64,000 nucleotides of DNA, taken from Phaeosaccion multiseriatum. Its lineage: Eukaryota; Protista; Ochrophyta, other classes. Location of the stretch: contig OZ218959.1 of NCBI GenBank assembly GCA_965112735.1, forward strand, positions 1,612,001 to 1,676,000, written 5' to 3'. Positions 56,418-64,000 of this stretch are shown piece by piece; positions within the stretch are counted from its first letter, which is position 1; each line of letters starts with the position of its first letter. The notes under the pieces are model-generated. The model ran no database searches. It was not told where the DNA came from and was given only the letters and a program-made list of their open reading frames with translations. Position numbers and translations under genes: made by a program.

Positions 56418-59400
56418 GCGACCTACAGTATCAGAATATCAGTCGTTGCCCTCGTAGACGGCCAGCACGACGAGAAGGAGGAGGATGCAATGGCCTCATC
56501 GCCAGTACGAGCTTAGCCATGATGAGTGCCAAGGCTCCGCTAGAACCGCTAGTAGACCTCGCTACGGCAGTGTCTGATCGGTGCCAGGCCTACCTGAGTC
56601 GAGCCTCGTCCCTGGTCCTGGGCCCAGAGCCCAACCATGACGACAGGGATGGAAAGGGGGCTGCAGAGGGAATGAGCGGAAGGAGGGGGCTCCGCGGACT
56701 GCCTCGCGATGTGCGGACATGTCTGGCAGGTGCATTAGCCGGTGCTACGGCCACCGTGGTGCTGCACCCGCTCGATACGGCCAAGACGCTGAGGCAGGCG
56801 AGTCCGCATCAGTTTGCAGGTGAGAGCTTCGGTGGATGGGGGAGTGAGAGGTACCATTCCGCAGCAAAAGAACGCCGCTGCTGCTGCCGCGGGAGGGAGG
56901 GGGGGGAGGGGGTGTAACGCGTAGGTCCTCACATTGCATATGTATTTTGTTGGCACTGACTGCCTCTTCCTGCGGTCGCTGACCTTCACGTACTGACTCT
57001 GATCCGACTCACCCACTCACTCACTCACTCACCCACTCAGGCACCCGAGACGTGCTTGCTCACTTGCTCCGAGTGCAAGGCCCCTTGTCTGTGTATGCAG
57101 GGGTAGGCACCGCAGTGCTCGGGTCCATGCCCTCCAGCGCCCTCTACTTTGGGGCCTACGAGGGCGTCAAGCACCGCCTTGGGAGCTTGGCGGTTGAGCG
57201 GTGGGGCACCACAGACAGCGAGGGAGTACGGGTGATGCAGGTATATACGTGTGTATTGTGTGTGTGTGGGTGTATGTGTGTATATGTGTGTGTTGTGTGT
57301 GTGCGTGTGTGTGTGCGTGCGTGTGTGTGCGTGTGTGTGCATGGGGATGGAGGTGGATGGGTAGGTGGGGTTGGAGGTGAGTGTGTGTGTATATGTGTGT
57401 GACTGAGAGGGAGAGAGAGAAGAGAAGAGAGGATGGGCGGTGTCTGCCACGTGGAGGAGAAGAGTCCTTTGAAGCGCAGATGCTGCTACTGCTACTGTAT
57501 CACCAGCTGCTGCTGCTGCTGCTGCGTGTCTACAGAGGCTCCTCCCTCCGCCGCAAGTGATCTCCCCCCCTGGGCCCCGTGAAATGATTTGCGCCTTCCC
57601 ACACCCTTCCAACTGGCCCACTTATATCTTCCCCTCCCTCCCCTCCCTCCCTTCCTCTCTTCCCCCCTCCCTCCCTCCCTCTCTCCCTCCCTCCCTCCCT
57701 CCCTCCCTTCCTCCCTCCCTTCCTCCCTCCCCCCCTCCCTTCCTCTCTTCCTCCCTCCCTCCCTCCCTCTCTCCCTCCCTCCCTCCCTCCCTTCCTCCCT
57801 CCCTTCCTCCCTCCCTTCCTCCCTCCCTCCCTCCCTCCCTCCCTCCCTCCCTCCCTCCCTCCCTCATCTCTCCCTCTCTCTCCCTCTCTCTCTCTTTCTT
57901 TCTCCTTCTCCCTCCCTCACTCCCTCCCTCCATCTCTTCCTCCCTCTCCCTCTCTTTGTTTTCTCGGTCCCCCTCTGTCCCTCCCCTCTCTCCCTCTTCC
58001 TCCCCCCCCCCCTTCTCTCTCTCTCTCTTCTCTGCCCCTTCCCGCCCCCCACCCCCTTCCCTTTGGCCGCCTCAAAAAGCCGAAAGCGAGAGCCTTGGTA
58101 CATGTACTTAGCGCAGCAGGAGGTAATTGCGTGTCCAGCTTCGTCTTTGTGCCGAAGGAGTTCATTAAGCAGAGCCTGCAAGCGGCGAAGAGTGGCAACA
58201 CAGTCACCACGCTCACTGCCAAAGACATCATCAGGTGGGTAGGTAGTAATTCAATGGATGGGTGGGTAAGTGGGTAGGTAGTAAGTCAATGGGTGGGTGG
58301 GTGAGTGGGTGGAATGGGTGTAGGGGTGGGGGGGAGGGAGGGTGGATGTGTGTGTGGGGGGGGGGGGGAGGTGGATGGGTGGGTGCAGCAACGCGTACAG
58401 GTAGGCGCTCACTTCACAGGCCAAGGCCCAAAACGACCCACCAACGCACGCACGCACCTACGCACCCACGCAGCATCATAACGGCGCCTCCCATGCACGG
58501 CTCATTGGTGCTCAGTCTTGTCTGTGGCGCTCATCTTGCGTTCGAGAAAAGCTCATCTATTAGACTGGAAAGGAGCCTCAGCCTTCCTCCTGTTTGGCAT
58601 TCTCTGTATTGAGTGAATGTAGTCCCCTCCCCTTCCCTCCTCTCCCCTCCCTTGCTGCCTCCCCTCCTCCCCACACAAACCCCGGCCCTCTTCTCCTCCC
58701 CGCACACCTCACCTCTTTGCCCTATGGCACCATCGCACCATCACACACATCACCCCCACCCACAGAGACACCTTTCGCACGCACGGCATCCGAGGCTTCT
58801 ACCGCGGGTACAGGGCCACTCTGAGTCGCAACATCCCATCAGCGGTGCTCCGCTTCTCCATCTACGAAGAACTCAAACTGGGTCTGGCGAGGACCGGAGC
58901 AGGGGCAGCTGTCGGTCCTGCAGTGCTTGTGGCTGGGGCGGCGGCAGGGGCAATGGCGAGTGGACTCACCACGCCCCTCGACGCCATCAAGACAAAGCTC
59001 GCAACGGGTGGCATCGAGAGAGGAGTGGTGAGACAAATAGCGGCGGAGGGGGAGGGGGGAGGAGGGCTTCTTTCTCCGCTCGAGGGAACCCCCTTTCCAC
59101 TTTCCATGCTGTGCCTCGTCTTGCCTCCTTTTGTTCTTTCGTGCTGTGTAGCTCATGCTCCCCCCCCCCTCTTCCCCCCGTCTCTCTCTCTCTCTCCCTC
59201 TCTCTCTCCCTCCCTCCCGTCTCTCTCTCTCTCTCTCTCGCTCGCTCTTCCCCCTCTCTCTCTCTCTCTCTCTTCTCCCTCCCCCCCCCCCTTCCCTGCA
59301 GGGCGTGATCGGAGGGCTGCAGCAGGTGCTGAGAGAAGACGGCGTGCTAGGTCTGTATGCCGGTGTGCAGCCTCGCATCATCATGTCTGCTCTCTTCACG

Positions 59401-59469
59401 GGCATCGGCTTCGGGTCCTTCGAAGCCTTCAAGACATTGTTAGCCGTGGAGAAGAGGGCGGACGACTGA
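56162..59469 (+). CDS. Mitochondrial-carrier-family transporter, S-adenosylmethionine carrier-like, with N-terminal signal/transit-like extension; multi-exon
   Basis: Three Px[D/E]xxK repeats (HPLDTAKT, VPKEFIKQ, TPLDAIKT); GSMPSSALYFGAYE, RNIPSAVLRFSIYE, GLYAGVQPR; hydrophobic leader MLLVQLLFLATAASAAASA (an upstream ATG near 56008 is also in frame). Confidence 0.85.
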
Positions 59470-59941
59470 TGAGGAAGATGGGAAGATGAGGATGAGAGGG
59501 TCAACGACTGAGAAGATGAGGACATGAGGACATTAGAGGAGGCTGCGCATCTGCTCTCCTCCGCTCTCTGCGGTTGGCTGTTGGCTGTCGGCTGTCTTTG
59601 AATCGATTGACTGTCGGACTGACGGACGGACTGACGGATGGGCCGGCTGATGGGCTGATGCACTGACTGACGGACTGACTGACAGCATGGCCAAGATGGT
59701 GCTCAAACCAAATCATCACCGTGGTCTTACTGCTGAGCAGGGGGCCAAATTCTAGGGCCGAGGGCAGTTGTCGAACATATGAGGCGCTGGGCTTATTGAA
59801 CATGAACATTGTTTTTGAAGCTCACTGGTTGGTCCTCTGCTCTCAAATGGCGAGGCGCAATCCTGGGAAGCTTCCCCAAAACGATCAAGGCTCCCCAAAA
59901 CGATCATGATCCCCACAAGCCTACCTCACGCTGCTGTTTGA

Positions 59942-62847
59942 ATGAAGTCTCCATGCCCTGCCTTTATCAAAGTCCTCCTATCTCTGGGGTTGGCGGGCGT
60001 GCTGGAGTGCCAAACGTACACGGGCAACGCGACATTTACCTACGAAGCATCGAATGCCGAGCTCAACCCCTTCCGAGGCTTTGTGCCCTTCACCGGTGCT
60101 CTAGGTGACGGGACTGATGACTTCCCCACCTCTTTGGAGTACATGAACGTAGCGCTGAGCGACATTGTGGTCGGAGAAGGTGCGATACTCCCTCTGTCAC
60201 CCCCTGCGTGCATGTTTTCTTGCGCACCCCGTCTTTCGCCCTCAAACACCTCACAGATGAGTAGTACGCACGTACTCTCTCTCCCTCCATCTCCTACTCT
60301 CTCTCTCCCCCTCTCTCTCTCAATCTCTTTCCTCCTCTCTCTCTTCCTCTTCCTCGCGCACCCTCTGCCTATCTTCCTCCTCTCCCTCTCCCTCAATGCA
60401 CCCCTCACACACACCGCCCAGATGAGTACGATTGGTCTGTGCTGGAGAGCTTCCTTGACGGATGCGAGAACCGCTCTCACCATGGGGTCATTCGACCCTG
60501 GGTGGCCTGGCCCACCGACGAGAGCGGTGTGCCTGCCTTCCTCCTCGAGGGGGAGGGCGGCGTGACCTTCGAGACTTACACGGACTACGGAGGGGGACTC
60601 TCCCCCGACTACGACAACGACCGACTCCTGTCCACCATGGAGAAGTTCATCGAGGAGTTGGGTACCGAGTTCGACGGCGATGCACGACTGGCTGCCATCT
60701 ACGCGGGGCTGATTGGCTTCTGGGGTGAGGTGGGTGACCGACTCTTTTTTTTTTAGGGAGTCTACAACAAGCGAGTGAGTGAGTGCTTGCATGCTTCAGG
60801 GGTGAGTGAATTAGCGACTCTGAAGTGGGTCTAAGCGGGTGAGTGGGTGATTGAGTGAGTGCTTGTATGCTTGCGTGATGGCCAGAGGGAGAGAACCCCA
60901 GCTCCTGTAGACGTCGCTGAGTTCAAAGTACTGTTCCTGACGACCATGTTGTCTTAGGCTGCCATTTTACCCCTTTGCATTCACGCCCCCCCCCCCCTCT
61001 TCCTCTCTTGTTTCTCGCAGTGGCACACTTACCGCTTGGAAACTTCCCCGGAAGAGGACTGGATGCCCTCAAGAGTAAACCAAGTAAGAGTCACATCAGC
61101 CTTTACAAATGTCCCATCCAATGACTTCTTGCAATCACTCAACCAATCAATAAAGTTCGTCTTTGCTATTTGAAGCGAGAGAATGACCTCTATCTCTCCC
61201 TCCTCCTCCGGCCCTCCCTCCCGCCCTCCCTCCCTCCCTCCGTCTGTCCCTCCCTCCCTCCCTCCCTCCCTCCCTCCGTCCGTCCCTCCCTCCCTCTCTC
61301 CCTCCTCAGGAGAGGATCCTGCAGGCCTACTCGCGGAGCTTCAGCGAGGTGCAGGTCATGGTCGGGGCGGCAGAGCTTCTCAACTGGGTAAGACACTGGG
61401 CATACAACACGACCCATTCACCATTTGTGAGCCTCAAGGCTTCCACCCTCCTTGGAGGGCACTACAAGGATGGCGCTCAAGCTTCTCCCTTTCCTTTGGT
61501 CGATCGTATTGAGATGCTTATCGCGGAGAGAAGGGGGGTGGGATGCGGCACTGTGTTGACTTCCGTGCCTCTTTTTCGACCCTTCTCAACACCCACACAC
61601 ACGCCCCTCATGTATGTCCCTTCCTTGCTTGCATCGCATGCTTGGTCTCGCTACTTCGGGTACTGAATTAGGTGGATGATACCGACAACGACGCCATCAC
61701 CCGCACCTCGACACTACGACTCGGGTGGCACGACGACAGTTTCGCCGGGTCCACCTTCAACGAAAGCGACCCCCTTGAACCTGGCTGGTACTTTTACCCC
61801 AGACTGAGCAGGGGAAGCGTTCTGGAGCGATATCACGAGGTTATGATCGGAGGAGAGATTCTTCCTTCTCTTCAAGCGACGCTCTTTGGACCCTCGTCGG
61901 AACAGCCACAACAAGAAGGAGAAGAAGAAAATGTCACTACTACTGCCTACCGGGCCTTCTCAGCAGCGGTGGCCGCGACGCACCCCTCCCTGCTCATCAT
62001 GCAAACGGCCTTCAACGAGGGCAACAGCCCTGCTTACATTGCCAATGCACGGGCCGGGGCCTCGCAGTTAGGATATCAGTTCTATGTGAGCCGAGTGTCT
62101 GTGCAGCAGGCGGAGGAGGAGGATTGCTCGTCGGCCACTTCCCCGCCAGAGGGCAGTGAAGACTATCAGTGCATCGAAATTGAGGTCGACATTGAGAATA
62201 GAGGCTCGGCGCCCATCTATTTCGAGGCAGAGATGGAGCTCGAGATTCAAGTTCCTGACTCGGATGCCGTCGTGTTTCCTGTGGGAGGAGACCTGCGATC
62301 ACTGCTGCCATCAACAGAAGAAGGAGGAAGCCTGACTACGCTCACCAGCGGAGGTGTGTACATGCGTGTCCAAAGAGAAGTTGCCGCGGACGTGGAAGGA
62401 ACAAGCAACAATGTTTCTATTCCTTCTGTGCTGAGCATTCGGTGCTCGCGAGCGTACCCCTCGCGCCCGATTGCTTTTGCCGTAGGGGGCTCGGGGGTGG
62501 AAGACCCGGCTAGACTCGCTGTAACCGTCAACGTAACCCCTGCTGCGGCCGCGACAACACAGCCAACGCCGAGCCCCACGGACGGCGAGGAGGAGCAGGA
62601 GGAGGAGGAGGAGGAGGAGGAGGACGAGGAGGAGGAAGAAGAAGAAGAAGAAGAAGAAGAAGAAGAAGAAGGGGACGAGGAGGAGCAGGAGGAGGAGGAG
62701 GAGGGGGAGGAGGAGGAGGAGGAGGAGGACACAGGCCCTACCTCTGACAATGGAGCGGCAACTTTATATGCTCCCTCTCTGGCTGTGCTGTGGTCGTCGC
62801 TGGCCGTGGGGCTGACCGCCATGGCTGCAGTGGGCCGCGTCGACTGA
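59942..62847 (+). CDS. Secreted/surface protein resembling bacterial DUF4832-associated glycoside-hydrolase-like proteins; C-terminal acidic linker and hydrophobic tail
   Basis: Signal peptide; NPFRGF, YDWS, PDYDN, EFDGDARLAAI..GLIGFWGE/WHTY, LGWHDDSFA, MIGGE, GYQFYV, NRGSAPIY; exons near 59942-60180, 60422-60728, 61021-61083, ~61310-61387, 61672-62847. Confidence 0.65.
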
Positions 62848-63709
62848 GGCTCGACCCCTGACTTGCTACTTGCTCGTGATGGTGTCAGCTGGCCTGCTCC
62901 AGGGTCCGGTAGCATGCAGAGACGATTAGGTCAGTGGCACTGCCTTCCACCTCTCCCTCTCTTCCTTGTAAGTAAATGTTTCGTGTTGAAGGGTCGGTTT
63001 CCTTGGAAACTCCGACAGCAAGTGTGGGTGCGTGCAGTGCTTTCGTTCTTGGACGAGGCAATTTTGGGTTACCGTACTTCTGATAGAGAGCAAACAAATG
63101 CAACAGTCACTGTTTTGTTTTGGGCTTTTGGTCTCCTCTGGTAAGCTTGGACGAGAGGAGGAGACAGGACGTCGCTTACGCTTCACGCCAACCGGCTCGC
63201 TGCTGGGCTGGCCCTAGTACGTACGTACATGTGGTAAGTAGCGTGTTCGTTTGTTCGTTCGTTCGTTCGTTCACCTCTCTGTTAAGAACGTTAAAAAGGC
63301 CCCTTCGTGTGACGGCTATCGATCATAATGATAGGCCATGATGATGTCCCTCGATCGACGCACTACCCTGGCAATGGTACACACTGGTGGTACAACTGGT
63401 GGTACACCTCAGCTTCGACAGAGGTGCGCTTCTAAAAGCCGGTCCCCTGTGCAACCACTCTCCCTTGCTTGTCTCTGGCTCACTCTCTCTTCCTCCCTCC
63501 CCCCTCCCTCCCACTGTCGCCTCCCTTCATCCTTCGGGAACGAGAGCAGAAAAGAAATTCCGGGCTCTCACTCTGGGGTCTCAAAGAGAGGGTTGAGTGA
63601 GGTAGAGCAAGTGGGAGCAGGCAGCAAAGCCGTGAGGACAGACAGACAAAGCCAAGTTAATGGCTCTCTCACTCTCTCTCACTCTGCCTCTGCCGACAAG
63701 CTACCTCCT

Positions 63710-64000
63710 TCACCAGTCGTCGCCAAACTCCTCATCATCATCGTCGTCTCCTACGAGGTCAGCGCCAGCCTCTGCCAAAACTGCATCTTCGTCGAAATCA
63801 TCACCAAGGTCGTCTTCATCCGCTGCCGCGGTGGCTGCTGCTGCTGCTGCTGCTTCTGCTGCCGCCGCTGCCTCTGCTTCCGCCTTGGCTTTCGCCTTGG
63901 CCTCCGCCGCTTCTGCTTCCACCTTGGCCCGTGCTTCGGCGGCCCTCCGTTTTGCTTCCGTGGCTGCCTTCTCCCTCGCTGCCTCCGCCCGTCGCTTCGC
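63710..64000 (-). CDS. 3' end of a gene running off the window (Ala/Glu/Lys-rich helix, acidic tail ending DDEEFGDDW)
   Basis: Open frame from the window edge to the stop at 63710. Confidence 0.6.
   Translation of the reverse strand, partial: AKRRAEAAREKAATEAKRRAAEARAKVEAEAAEAKAKAKAEAEAAAAAEAAAAAAATAAADEDDLGDDFDEDAVLAEAGADLVGDDDDDEEFGDDW

Overview
Eukaryotic, GC-rich, intron- and microsatellite-rich genomic DNA, probably from a photosynthetic stramenopile (inferred from a signal-peptide + 'SSA-F' bipartite plastid-type leader and the H3 signature; not proven). About 15 protein-coding genes can be traced. These are an intron-containing histone H3 variant, a CENP-E-like kinesin-7, ALG1, a low-complexity receiver-domain protein, an exportin-6-like karyopherin, a PARN-like deadenylase, an INSIG-like membrane protein, a gustatory-receptor-like/DUF3537-like multi-TM protein, a coiled-coil protein, a MOSC/mARC protein, an EGF-like+multi-TM protein, a SAM-carrier-like transporter, a bacterial-type DUF4832-like secreted protein, and two unknowns. 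Four DNA-level signals stand out. (1) The 13-mer AGTTGGTGATACA occurs 7 times exactly and 7 times with one mismatch, on both strands, in three coding frames, in introns and intergenically, usually embedded in simple repeats. (2) Four nested non-autonomous TIR element families all have TCG...CGA ends; two have perfect 6-bp TSDs, and one arrangement brackets a ~590-bp pure (CCCT)n array. (3) Many introns have 5' and 3' ends carrying mutually complementary simple repeats. (4) There is a perfect 59-bp hairpin. Exon boundaries were read by eye and are approximate where stated. No database searches were run.
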